Below the pieces are notes generated by a model. It was not told the origin of the DNA, did not search any database, and was given only the letters and a program-made list of their open reading frames with translations. Of a stretch of DNA of 64,000 bases, positions 13,038-24,660 are shown one piece after another. This DNA is from Mobula hypostoma. Lineage: Eukaryota. The stretch covers positions 9,672,001 through 9,736,000 of the forward strand of contig NC_086097.1 of the NCBI RefSeq assembly GCF_963921235.1, given 5' to 3'. The position numbers and the translations under genes are program-made. Position 1 is the first letter of the stretch, and each line of letters opens with the position of its first letter.

Positions 13038-13467
13038 CTAATTGAAATGCAGCAAATTTAGAAGAGCAGTTGAAATTGCTGTATCAAACAGAGACACAAC
13101 TGAGCTGCAGTCAGGAATGAAAGTGAACGTGAACCAAATTGCAGCGTCTAAACAGAAAGCTGCCTGGCCAAGAAAAATTGTGTTACCATTGTGGCAGGGG
13201 CTCGCATAAACCAGACCAATGCAGATATAAAGCTTAACTTGTAACAAAGAAATGTAACAAAGTCAGACACATACAAATAGCATGTTGGGCAGACACAAAT
13301 AAATAGACTGCACAGGGAGGAGAAAAAGCTAAAAAGTCAAGTTGCAGTTTCAACAAGAGCATTAATCTGCATGTTGTTGATGAAAAATGTGATCTTGATG
13401 AGAGTGACACAGGACTGAGTACCCTTGAGATTTACACTGCGAAAACTAACAAGAGACAAGCAACATA

Positions 13468-14420
13468 CATCAAAGTTGCTGGTGAACGCAGCAGGCCAAG
13501 CAGCATCTATTGGAAGAGGTGCAGTCGACGTTTCAGGCCGAGACCCTTCGTCAGGACTAACTGAAGGAAGAGTGAGTAAAGGATTTGAAAGTTGGAGGGG
13601 GAGGGGGAGATCCAAAATGATAGGAGAAGACAGGAGGGGGAGGGATAGAGCCAAGAGCTGGACAGTTGATTGGCAAAGGGGATATGAGAGGATCATGGGA
13701 CAGGAGGTCCGGGAAGAAAGACAAGGGGGGGGGGGTTGACCCAGAGGATGGGCAAGAGGTATATTCAGAGGGACAGAGGGAGAAAAAGGAGAGTGAGAGA
13801 AAGAATGTGTACATAAAAATGAGTAACAGATGGGGTACGAGGGGGAGGTGGGGCCTTAGCGGAAGTTAGAGAAGTCAATGTTCATGCCATCAGGTTGGAG
13901 GCTACCCAGACGGAATATAAGGTGTTGTTCCTCCAACCTGAGTGTGGCTTCATCTTTACAGTAGAGGAGGCCGTGGATAGACATGTCAGAATGGGAATGG
14001 GATGTGGAATTAAAATGTGTGGCCACTGGGAGATCCTGCTTCCTCTGGCGGAAAGAGCGTAGATGTTCAGCAAAGCGGTCTCCCAGTCTGCATCGGGTCT
14101 CACCAATATATAAAAGGCCACATCGGGAGCACCGGACGCAGTATATCACCCCAGTCGACTCACAGGTGAAGTGATGCCTCACCTGGAAGGACTGTTTGGG
14201 GCCCTGAATGGTGGTAAGGGAGGAAGTGTAAGGGCATGTGTAGCACTTGTTCCGCTTACACGGATAAGTGCCAGGAGGGAGATCAGTGGGAAGGATGGAT
14301 CAGGGGGGGGCGAATGGACAAGGGAGTTGTGTAGGAAGCGATCCCTGCGGAATGCAGGGGGGGGGGAGGGAAAGATGTGCTTAGTGGTGGGATCCCGTTG
14401 GAGGTGGTTGTTTGCGTTTA
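13468..14420 (-). mobile_element. Penelope-like element: GIY-YIG endonuclease plus pLTR with hammerhead
   Basis: ORF 13856..14182 FTCESTGVIYCVRCSRCGLLYIGETRCRLGDRFAEH...RLEEQHLIFRLGSLQPDGMN. Hammerhead on the minus strand at 13523-13558. 17-bp TSD aagagacaagcaacata at 13451-13467 and 14421-14437. Confidence 0.93.
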
Positions 14421-16044
14421 AAGAGACAAGCAACATAGCTTACACCAGAAGTGAGCAGCAAATTAATTAAAATGGAATTAGTAAGTGGTTCAGCTGTTTC
14501 AGTCATTCAATAAAACGAGTTTCAATGGCATTTCAGAGAAATCCAAATAAGTACTTATACTTGAGTAAAGATAACATCTGTAACAGTGAAATACAACAAC
14601 CAACAAGCCACATTGAGGTTGTATGTTGTAAAAACAGGAGGACCAGCATTGAAGGGACGTGAGTGGCTGAGACAACTACAGCTTGATTGGAGATCCATCC
14701 CCTATTAGCACGCTATATTTCCAGCAAAGAAGCCAGCTGAAAGTGAATTAAGGAAGTTACTGGATGATGTCACAACTGTCTCCATGCCAAACATCATGAA
14801 CTGGTACCCAACAGAGGACAAACGGGTGTTGATGCCAACCTCTGCACTTCTGGTTGGAAAGCATTTTGGGACCAAGAAAAGACCATGCTATTCAGAGGAA
14901 TAACGAAAGTTGCAAAAGCAGTGGTCTGACTATAACAGTTTTTGTAGGTAACACGTATGAGAAAGCTTCTGATATGTTAATCAGCTAGATACTTGTGAAA
15001 TGTGGCTTGGTTTTAAGCTGAAAGAGAGTTCAGGGACCTTCAAAAAAAGTTGTAAGCGTTCAGCTTTTATGAGACTGCAGAACCAAAATCTACTTTGTGT
15101 GCATGAGCTTCCAGTGGGAGACAGAAAGCTGCTTGTAAAAGTAGATGCAAGGACTAAGTCCCAGCTGGATGTATGGAAGGCCAAAAATACAGGAGTCAAT
15201 GGGGATATGAAAACAGAGGTTTTATTAGATGATGTGTGGACGAGGAAACCAAGAGGAGGGATTAGATTGTTAAGGGAGAAATAGAAGGATTAATAAGAGA
15301 ATACTCCAGTGAACTAAGTGGACCTTCAGAAGATCAAGTGCACAACCTAGAAGAAGAAAAAAAAGTAGCTACCACTATCAGAACCACTTCCTGAAGTCTC
15401 AGATTCAACTCCTACAACCACCAGAGAGGACGCCCCAGAACCTGAGGTTGTTTCACAGCCACAAGTCTCACTAGCTAAGCAGAATGATCTTGCTTGTCAG
15501 GAAAGATTTTATCCCACAGGAGTAAAAAATTCTCCACCGCAATTAAAAGTTTAGGCCTGAATGGGATAATTAAAAAGTTACTATGCTGTGGATGTCTGTA
15601 TGAAGTAGTTGCTTTCTATATGTACTATGTATATGGTTGAGATGCATTCTGTATTGAGTTAGAGTTCATAACTAATCAGGGAAGAGTGTTGTGCATTTAG
15701 TCTTGCAGATATGTTGTTGCTTAAGCATTTTTGTTTATTTAAATAATTCGCTACTGATTACATGTAAAACCATGTGAATTGCATACGTTATGATACTACC
15801 AGGTGATACGTGTGCGCCTCCTTAAAGTAAGCACAAAGTTAAGACTTTCACTTAGAACTCTCCGCATCTTTCTTTGAATTAGCTTAAAGTTTTGAAGTTA
15901 CAAAACACAATTGCCTGTTTCCATGCTGTATCTCTTTGAATCTGTTACTCGATGCTAAATGTTTCTCTTTGCCCCGATTCTGTCTGACCCATTAAGTTTT
16001 TACAGCACTTTCTGTTTTTTTTTTAACTCAATAGTAGTTGGTCA

Positions 16045-16665
16045 TCAGAACACAAAACTTACAACAGTACTGCACAGGAACAAACCCTTCGGCTCACAAT
16101 GTTGTGCTGAACCAATAAATTAGTAATCAAATGGTCAACTAAACCAAACTAATCCTTTATGCCTACACAATGTCCATTTCCTTCCACTTATCTCACATTC
16201 ATGTGCCTATCGAAACCTCCCTTTAAAGACTCTAATGTATCTGCCTCCATCACCAACCCAGGCAGAATATTCCAGGCACCCACCACTATCTGTATAAAAT
16301 TCTTGCCCCTAATATCTCCTTTGAAATTACCTCTCTCACCTTTAATGCTTGCCCTCTGATATTAGAACCCTGGATAGAGTCTCTTTATTCTATCTATGCC
16401 TCTTATAATCTTAAAAACCTCAATAAAATCTCCCCTCAGCCTCTGCCGCTCCAGAGAAAACAACCCAAGTGGGTCCAATCTCTCGTTACAGCACATGCCT
16501 TCCAAACCAGGCAGCTTCCTGGTAAATCTCTTCTGCACTCTTTCCAAAGCCTTGATATCTTTCCTATAATGGGCTGACCAGAACTGTATGCATTACTCCA
16601 GGTGAGGCCTGACTAGAGTTTTATGAAGCTGCAACACAACTTTCTGACTTTATAACCCCATGCCT
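16045..16665 (-). mobile_element. CR1 LINE 3' fragment
   Basis: ORF 16362..16547 ERVQKRFTRKLPGL...RLRGDFIEVFKI and a CR1 tail. Confidence 0.88.
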
Positions 16666-17090
16666 CAAAATTGCTTTAATATTATTTCCTGTATTCACAT
16701 TTGTTCCTATACCATTCTCATGAATAATTGCTCGCATTGCCTTGTCCCTGCAATGCTTAATGAGTGTACAGATTTGGTCTGGCTCCACTTGTTTGCAATT
16801 AACTCCAAATAATAAATAAAGAACTGGTTGCACAAGAGGTAACTGCATAGAAAAAGCTATTTCAAGGAAGAGGCATTTACACCTTATCAGTTCTGCAACA
16901 TCTCCTCAGGTAATTTCAAATCAAAAACTATTTTTAGTTAACAGAAACAGGTATGGTTTATATATTACTGCACCACCTTTTAAAACTTAAATAAGCTAAC
17001 ATTTTCATTATGTCTTACAATTACTGCTTGGTTACAGTTCCCAAATAAAAGATCGAGTGATTTCTTCAATGCGATGCAATTATCCTTTGC

Positions 17091-17334
17091 AACACACACG
17101 AAATGCTGGTGGAACTTAGCAGATCAGGCAGCACTGGTGGACGTGAATAATTCACAATCTACGTTTTGGGCTGAGGCCCTTCACTGGTCACATGAGACCT
17201 GATAAAGGGTCTTGTCCTAAATCATCGACTGTTTATTCACCTCCATAGTCACTGCCTGACCTGCTGAGTTCCTCTGCACTTTACATGCATTGTTCTGGAT
17301 TTGCAGCATCTGCAGAATCTTTTGTGTCTACTTG
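17091..17334. mobile_element. Old PLE pLTR fold-back
   Basis: Imperfect inverted arms and a 10-bp TSD tatcctttgc at 17081-17090 and 17335-17344. Confidence 0.75.
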
Positions 17335-18539
17335 TATCCTTTGCTTAGTGTCAGAACATTCAGATATGGCCCAACTGTGGAGAGAGAGAGAGGGAGAGAC
17401 ACTGAAGGAGGTCAGCAGTTCACTGACTTTAATGAGAACTGCTGCAGAATTTAAAGGAAAAGAAAAACAATAAGCACTAGGCCAACAAGGCCTTTAACCA
17501 AAACCCTCAAACTAAAAGTTGAATGCTAACACTGTGGCAGGAACCAATATGTAAATATTAAATGACAGCGTCTGTTGAAATGATTGTCTTCTTTCCCAGA
17601 TAAGGACAAGAGTAAGCAGGGAGCGTGAATGTTGTAGGTGAAACTGGGAGAGGGGGATGGGGTGAAGTAAAGAACTGGGAAGTTGATTGGTGAACCAGAA
17701 GGGGGTATCTGACAGAAGACCATGAAAGAAAGGGAAGGGGGAGGAGCACCAGAGGGAGGTGATGGGTAGGTAAGAAGAGAACGTGAGAGAGGGAAGCAAG
17801 AATGGGAAATAGTGAAGGAGGGGGTGCAATTACCGCCCTTCGATGTTCATGCTATCAGGTTGGAGGCTACCCAGATGGAATATAAGAAAAAAGGAATAAA
17901 GCGAATTAGATCAATTTCACATTGTGTTTGCTACCCAAATTGTGGACTGGCCCTGTACTCTGTTCTTCTATAGGTGGTTAAAACCTAGAAATAACCACCA
18001 TGAAGGCCAAGATGATCATCATTCCATTGATTCTGTTGCCTGTGCTGCCCCGTAAATCAGAAAGTCATTGAACCTTGCTGACTTGCCTTTGTAAACTAAT
18101 TATATCAATTAATCATTCTGACTCCTGAATTAATCTTATCTGGTAAGCAATCAAACTGCAATCCTGTTTATTTACAGAAAACACCACTGCTTATCTTGTT
18201 TCTGTCTTCCAACCTCAGCTTTACTGTTTAATTACAATGACTAACAACTTTTTGTATTTTCACTGAAAATCACTTGACTTCAGTTAATTAATTACAGAGG
18301 AATTTTTATATCAATTGAGGGGATTAGAGAAAATGAGAATGTGAAGTTCAGAGAAGTAAGGGAAGGTGTCTCTGAGTTTCCAATGTTATCTTGCGTAGTT
18401 TTAGCCAATGACCTTTGAAAAGGTGTGATGTAGATTTACCAACTCAAGGATTAAAAATGGAACTGTTTTTTTTAATTTAAAAGGTTGAGATTAACCTGGT
18501 TGAGATCTTTAAATTGATGGGAGAGTGTTGGGTCACAAG

Positions 18540-19175
18540 ACAAAATCTATAGATGCTGTAAATCTCCTGTGTATTGGTGAGAGCTGACATGAACTGGAAC
18601 ATCGCTTTGCTGAGTACCTATGCTCTCTCCACCAAAAGAAGCAGGATCTCCCAGTAGCCACCCATTTTAATTCCCCTTCCCATTCCGATATGCCTATACA
18701 TGACCTCCACTACTGCCAAAATGCAGCCACACTTAGGCTGGAGGAACAACACCTTGTATTCCATTTGCATAGCCTCCAACCTGATGGCATGAACATCAAT
18801 TTCTCAAATTTCCAGTAATGCCCCCACACCCTCCTTCACCATTCCCCAGCCCCTTTTCCCTCTTTCACCTTTTCTCCTTGCCTGCCCATTGCCGCTGTCT
18901 GACGCTCCTTCCCTCTTTTTCTTTCTTTCATGGCCTTCTATCCTCTCTTATGAGATTCCCCCTTCTCCAGCCCCATTATCTCTTCCACGAATCCACTTCC
19001 TAGCTCTTTACTTCACCCCTCCCCATTTCACCTATCTCCTTATGTTTCTCCCTCTCCTCCCTCCCACCTTTAAAAATTACTCCTCATACTTTTTTCTCCA
19101 GTCCTGCTCAGTCTGAAATGTTGACTGTACTCTCTTCCGTAAATGCTGCCTGACCTTCTGAGTTCCTCCGGCAAT
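18540..19175 (+). mobile_element. Penelope-like fragment (GIY-YIG C-terminus plus pLTR)
   Basis: QDLPVATHFN...RLEEQHLVF..SLQPDGMNINFSNF remnant followed by a pyrimidine-rich pLTR. Confidence 0.8.
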
Positions 19176-19339
19176 CTGGAGCTTGTTGGGTGCCTGGAAT
19201 ATACTGCCTGGGTTGTGCTAGAGACAGGAACATCAGGGACTTTTAAGAGTGTTAGATAGTTATGTGAATATGAGGAAATTCAAAGGACTTGGACATATAT
19301 AAACACGTAATATAGTAACTAATCACACAATTTGTGGAA

Positions 19340-20203
19340 TTGATTTGACTTTATCACTTACATCCTTCATAGACATGAGGAGTAAAAATATTTATGTTAT
19401 GTCTCTGTCCAAATGTGCAATGCGCAATTTATAGTAATTTATAATGAATAGTATGTACAACAGGATCATCAATATAACTTAGAAATACAGTTGTGTCAAC
19501 ATGAGTTAAGCAATCTGATGGCCTGGTGGTAGAAGCTCCCCCGAAGCCTGTCGGTCCTGGGTTTCATGCTGCGGTACTGTTTCCTGGATGGTAGCTGCTG
19601 GAACAGTTTGTGGTTGGGGTGACTCAGGTCCCCAATGATCCTTTGGGTCCTTTTTGCATACCTGTCTTTGTAAATGTCCTGAAGAGTGGGAAGTTCACAT
19701 CTACGGATGTGCTGGGCTGTCCACACCACTCTCTGTAGGGTCCTGCGATTGAGGGAAGTACAGTTCCCATACCAGGGAGTGGTGCAGCCAGTCAGGATGC
19801 TCTTAATTGTGCCCCTGTAGAATGTTCTTAAGATATGGGGGCCCATACCAAACTTCTTCAACTGTCTGAGGTGAAAGAGATGCTGTTGTGCCTTTTTCAC
19901 CACTAAGCGTGTATGTACAGACCACGTGAGATCTTCGGTGATGTTTATGCCAGGAACTTAAAGCTATTCACCCTCTCAACCCCCAATGCATTGATGTCAA
20001 TAGGGGTGAGCCTGTCCCCATTCCACCTGCAGTCAACAACCAGCTCGTCTGTTTTTGCAATATTGAGGGAGAGGCTGTTATCTTGACACAATTGTGTCAG
20101 GGTGATGACTTCTTCTCTGTAGGCTGCTTTATTATTATTTGAGATTAGACCAATTAGTGTAGTGTTGTCAGCAAATTTAATTAGCAGATTGGAGCTGTGG
20201 GTG
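19340..20203 (-). mobile_element. Rex1/Babar-type LINE 3' part
   Basis: ORF 19496..19903 VKKAQQHLFHLRQLKKFGM..TFYRGTIKSILTGC..WYGNC, with FADNT RT remnant upstream. Confidence 0.85.
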
Positions 20204-21104
20204 TGAGTATTAAAAGTAAAGAAAATTAGTTGCGTGCCCTTGCTTTGTTCTGGGCAGTTTGGAGCTGGATGTCATATTTTTTGTTGTCAGCTTATTTAGC
20301 TTTGCGTCAAGACTGCATGTTTTGCTAGTTGCCAGTAAGTATAAGATACGTTTCTTTAACTCTGTGGACCATCATTACTGGAGTGATCAGAGGGTGTGTC
20401 ATATAGGGATAACATTCTATGCCGGTTGCTAGCAGAGGCTATTGGCTTGTTCGAACTGACGGCTACAAGCCATTTGATGACTAATTTAATTGATTTAGCA
20501 GAACTTTGTGAGCCAAAGTGTTGTGTGTTTCTGTGCTGAACTGTTTTTATGTTGTATGTTCTATAACAAAAGGATTTGACGGAGGAAAAGTAGAGAAACT
20601 CAATTCTCTTGTGATGGAATCAGCAGGGAAAATCCTAAAATTGTAACTTGATTACTTATGGGTGAAATCGTGAAACATTTGTTCTGGACGCAAATGGCTG
20701 TCAAAATCTGTGAAGGCTGCAGATGGTAGATTAACACAAAAATTCTGCAGATGCTGGAAATCTATAGCAACATACACAAAATGCAGGTCGGACAGTAGCT
20801 ACAGAAATGAATAAACAGTCGACATTTCAGTCTGAGACCATTCATTAGGACACAGTGGATTAATAGATATCTTTGTTTTAATGGGATATGGAGGAACACA
20901 GCAAATAGCAAGCAAATATATTTGACATAAAGGCCAGGTATGTTCTTATTGAATGGTGGAAGAGCTTAAGGGGATAAATTACCTGTTTCTGTTCCTATGT
21001 TCAATCATAGCAGTTCTCTCTCTATTAGAAGCTTGAAGGAATACACTTCACTTTCCTTGATGTAGGCACCACCAATATTCAACATATCCAACTCTATCCA
21101 GTTC

Positions 21105-21555
21105 ATTCATTAGTTATGTGCTGTGTCATATGATGTGGGTGATTATGGTCTTTCCAAGACCATGATTATACTTAACAAATGTTTCTACAGAAGTGGTTTC
21201 CCATTGCTACCTTCTGGGCAGTGTCTTTACAAGATGGGTGACCCCAGCCATTATGAATACTCTTTAGAGATTGTCTGCCTGGTGTCAGTGGTCACATAAC
21301 CAGGACTTGCGATATGCACCAGCTGATCATACGACCATCCACCACCTGCTCCCAAGGCTTCACGAGACCCGATTTGAATTGAATTGAATTGACTTTACTT
21401 CTTACATCCTTCACATATATGAGGAGTAAACATCTTTACGTTATGTCTCTATCTGAACAGGTGCTACATCTTGCTCAAGGATGACCTGCAGGCTAGTGGA
21501 GGGAAGGAGGGCCTCACACCTCCTTTGGCAGAGATGTATCTCCACCCCACTATCC
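21105..21555 (-). mobile_element. SINE with RTE-type tail (second copy ~34255-34610)
   Basis: Two dispersed homologous copies sharing ttctacagaagtggt..ccatt. The RTE association is an inference. Confidence 0.6.
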
Positions 21556-22293
21556 AGTAATTAGTTTGATTGGCAACTGAATCCTATACATTCATTTTCT
21601 CCATTGGCAGTGGCTATGGAGAGTACTATTTATGAAAGGGATTGTTGTTAGTCATTTGAGCTACTCTGACAGCATCTTCTAAATCTTAGACCTCAACCAC
21701 TAAGAATGGCAAGTGAGTTCTGCATGCAAAGTCACTGTCTGCATATTCCACTCCAGGCTTCACACCATCCAAATTTCATTATCATTCATTGTTGCTATAT
21801 CTAAATTCTGGAACTTCCTTTTCAATACCCCAGCAAGGATGACTTCAGGTAAAAGAACAGCAGCACTTTTAAAAATGTCTCACTACCATCTTCTCAAGGT
21901 CTCCTCATGGGCAATAAATACCCATCTGTAGTACCTTGAGAAAATGGTGGTGAGGTACCTTTGCTACAATACCCTCACACCAAAATGTTAATAAATAAAC
22001 AAATAATAAATGTCATATCAATAGACCTAAGAATTTAGGGTAATTTATAGGAGGACAAGTGAGTTTAAATTTACGTCTGGTCAAGTGATTGCAGTATAGA
22101 AGTCTGGAAATGGCCCAGGGAGAGCACAGGTGGGTGGTTAGCTTGACAGAGAGATGTTGTCATCTTTCCAATGAAAACTGATAGCTGGGCAGGGAACAAT
22201 ATTTTAGCTTTAGTCATTTTCAGAATTAAATATTGGCACCTCAAAACATCTGAGCCAGCGACCTGGGTTCAATACCATCATTGTCTGTAAGAA

Positions 22294-22694
22294 TGCAAAC
22301 ACGAGGAAATCTGCAGATGCGGGAATTTCAAGCAACACACACAAAAAATGCCGGTGAACGCAGCAGACCAGTCAGAATCTATGGGAAGAGACCAGTCAGA
22401 ATCTATGGGAAGAGACGTTTCAGGCTGAGACCCTTCATCAGGACTAACTGAAAGAAGAGATAGTAAGAGATTTGAAAGTGCAAGGGGGAGAGGGAGGAGA
22501 AGATCCGAAATGATAAAACCATCCCTCCCCCTCCTGTCTTCTCCTATCATTTCGGATCTCCCCCTCCCCCTCCCACTTTCAAAACTCTTACTATCTCTTC
22601 CTTCAGTTATTCCTTGACGAAGGGTCTCGGCCCGACACGTCGACTGTACCTCTTCCTATAGATGCTGCCTGGCCTGCTGCGTTTACCAGCATTT
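22294..22694. mobile_element. PLE pLTR fold-back inserted in a V-SINE
   Basis: Inverted arms of about 170 bp, 14-bp TSD attgtctgtaagaa at 22280-22293 and 22695-22708, and an internal 24-bp tandem duplication at 22365-22412. Confidence 0.88.
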
Positions 22695-24107
22695 ATTGTC
22701 TGTAAGAAGTTAGTCATTTTATTTTGTGGAACAGGCCCTTCCAGCCCAATGAGCCACACCACCCAACAACCCACCTATTTAATCACAGGACAATTTTCAA
22801 TGGCCAACCAGCACATCTTGGGGCTGTGAGAGGAAACTGGAGCACCCGGAAGAAATCCAGGTGGCTCAGAGGAAGGATGTAGGAACTCCTTACACAACAC
22901 TGGAATAGAACTCCGAACTGTAATTCCATCATACTGACCATTGTGCTATGTGGCAGTGTTTTGTCACATTCTCCCTGTAACAGTGTGTGTTTGCTCCTGA
23001 TGCTGCAGATTTCTTCTGTGCTCCAGAGAAGGACTGAATGGCTTAGTAGGTTAATTGGTTATATTGCGTCAGAATGGCCTGATACTGTGCTGTATCTCTA
23101 AATAAATAAATAAGTATCATGAGGGATTCAGGAGGCCTGGAAAAGTCAAAATCAGGGAATATTGACACCTGCACAAGAATGTTGGGCAGGTGAGGCTCGT
23201 TATCCTTGGATGGCAGCCCGCCTACGAGATGGAAAACTCTGATTTTACACCTCCGCTGCCTCGTGGCCATACCCACCCATGGGAAAGGCTTCGGGAGTAA
23301 ACCCCGAGGAAGAAATCCAGAGCCGGGGACCCTAAGGCAGTTTGATGTTGTTTACAACTTCACTCTGGCAGCCTCTGCGACGACACTGATGCCAAGGTGT
23401 ATCAGCACTTGCCCTTCCCTTGGACTACGTCAGTGACGTGGAGAGGGGGGACCCACTGCATGGGCAACAGCCAGTTCTTCAAATATTCCCACCCAGGCTA
23501 ATGCCCTGGAGAGGACACCGTCCACTAGAGGCGCAAACCCATGATCCCCTGGGATCGACGGCTGCCTACAACACAAGAATGGACAGTTTATTGAAATGAT
23601 GTGTTTTGAAAAGTAGGAAAGGAGTGAAGGCGCATAGGTTGTCAGATGAGGGAACAAAAATGGTGAGGTAAGGTGTCCCTTCAAATGTCATGTCATCATC
23701 TTTCACTGGTGGCAGACAGCTAATAGAAGTTGTGATTTTGCTTTAAGCCTGAGAAAGAAAAATATTTCATGCTACCATCGATAAATTAGCATAATCATGG
23801 CATTGTTAGCCATACAAGAATGTGTGGACAGGGTCTCCACCTTCAAGTAGACCAGCACAATGTAATAGCAGTCAGATTTTCTTTTTGATGTGGGGAGTTA
23901 TGAGGGTGTGGTCATTAAAAATTACTTGCTTCTTGTGAGATTCCTGTCTCTAGTAAGGATGTGCCTTGTGTTATCATATTGTTCTTTCAGAATTTTTTTA
24001 TGGTGAGGCTGCTTTTCTATGCTTTCATTAAGGAAGATTTAAAAATTAGAATCAGGTTTAATATTACTGGCTCACTTTATGAGATTTGTTGTTTTGCAGC
24101 AGCAAAA

Positions 24108-24660
24108 CATTGTGCAAAAGTCTTACGCACATATATATACCTAGTCTGCCTAAGACTTTTACACAGTACTGTGTTTGTCAATGTGGAGTAGACAGTGAGT
24201 TTGTAAACTGGCGGGAGTAAAGGATGTTGGGAATGGCAAGGATGGAGTACTGTGGGAGGGTTCTGGAACAGGTGGCAGAAAAGGAGTGCCAAGGGCAGCT
24301 GGGGAGAGGGGGGAGTGGCGTGGGTGCAGACACACCCAGACCTGAAATACCAGGCAAGGTAATTTCATTCCAAGTAATTGGTTTCTGATCATTACAACAT
24401 GTCTCTCTGGTGCTTCATACTCCCTCTTCTCTCACTTCCCCTTTTCCCAACCGTGATTCCCCTCTCCCGGCCCCCTTCCCACTCTCAGCCCACAATAGAG
24501 ACCCATATCAAAATCAGGTTTATCATCACTCACATATGTCATGAAATTTGATTTTTTTATGTTAGTTGTACAGTGCAATACATAAAATTACTACGGTAAG
24601 GTGCAGAAGTCTTAGGTACCCTAGATATACATATGTGCCTAAGAACTTTGCATGGTACTG
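24108..24660. mobile_element. Complete composite Tc1-ended element (two inverted ~65-bp palindromic mini-elements around a ~420-bp body)
   Basis: Mini-elements at ~24108-24171 and 24594-24660 followed by TA. The body is shared with the copies at 6340, 37218, 41948, 54451 and 58015. Confidence 0.75.

Larger units (their letters stand above)
11208..15912 (+). mobile_element. Gypsy LTR retrotransposon, internally deleted, with nested PLE and CR1 insertions
   Basis: Diverged LTRs at 11208-11433 and 15687-15912, TSD gcttg/gcctg, PBS-like ttggagatga and PPT agggaagag. Gag (FRFHKRNQKEQES..YVAELKR, LRDRLVVG), a CCHC knuckle (CYHCGRGSHKPDQC) and a protease remnant (KMELVSGSAVSVI, GREWL) are present. 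No RT or integrase core was seen. Confidence 0.85.
1..18055 (+). pseudogene. Decayed multi-exon gene encoding several RGS22/RGSL1-like RGS domains (plus-strand set; 5' part outside the window)
   Basis: Candidate exons: ~1-195, ~301-440, 584-683, 1910-2034, 2499-2625, 2765-~2926, ~4867-5188, ~5731-5933, 6834-6997, ~16720-16909, 17974-18055. Phase-consistent GT-AG joins occur at 2625/2765 (FMDFL-S-TDL), 5933/6834 (RPTA-G-IKSAF) and 16909/17974 (LQHLL-R-WLKPR). RGS-like motifs: KAMVLWQVFL, FDNVLCHQCLIE, MEFFQSLAELK, PAPEYPVSLLVNEICHIVFKNLDGGMQRNVSPSAQRDAITLL, CLWHDL. There are many in-frame stops and frameshifts. The family call is by eye. Confidence 0.65.
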
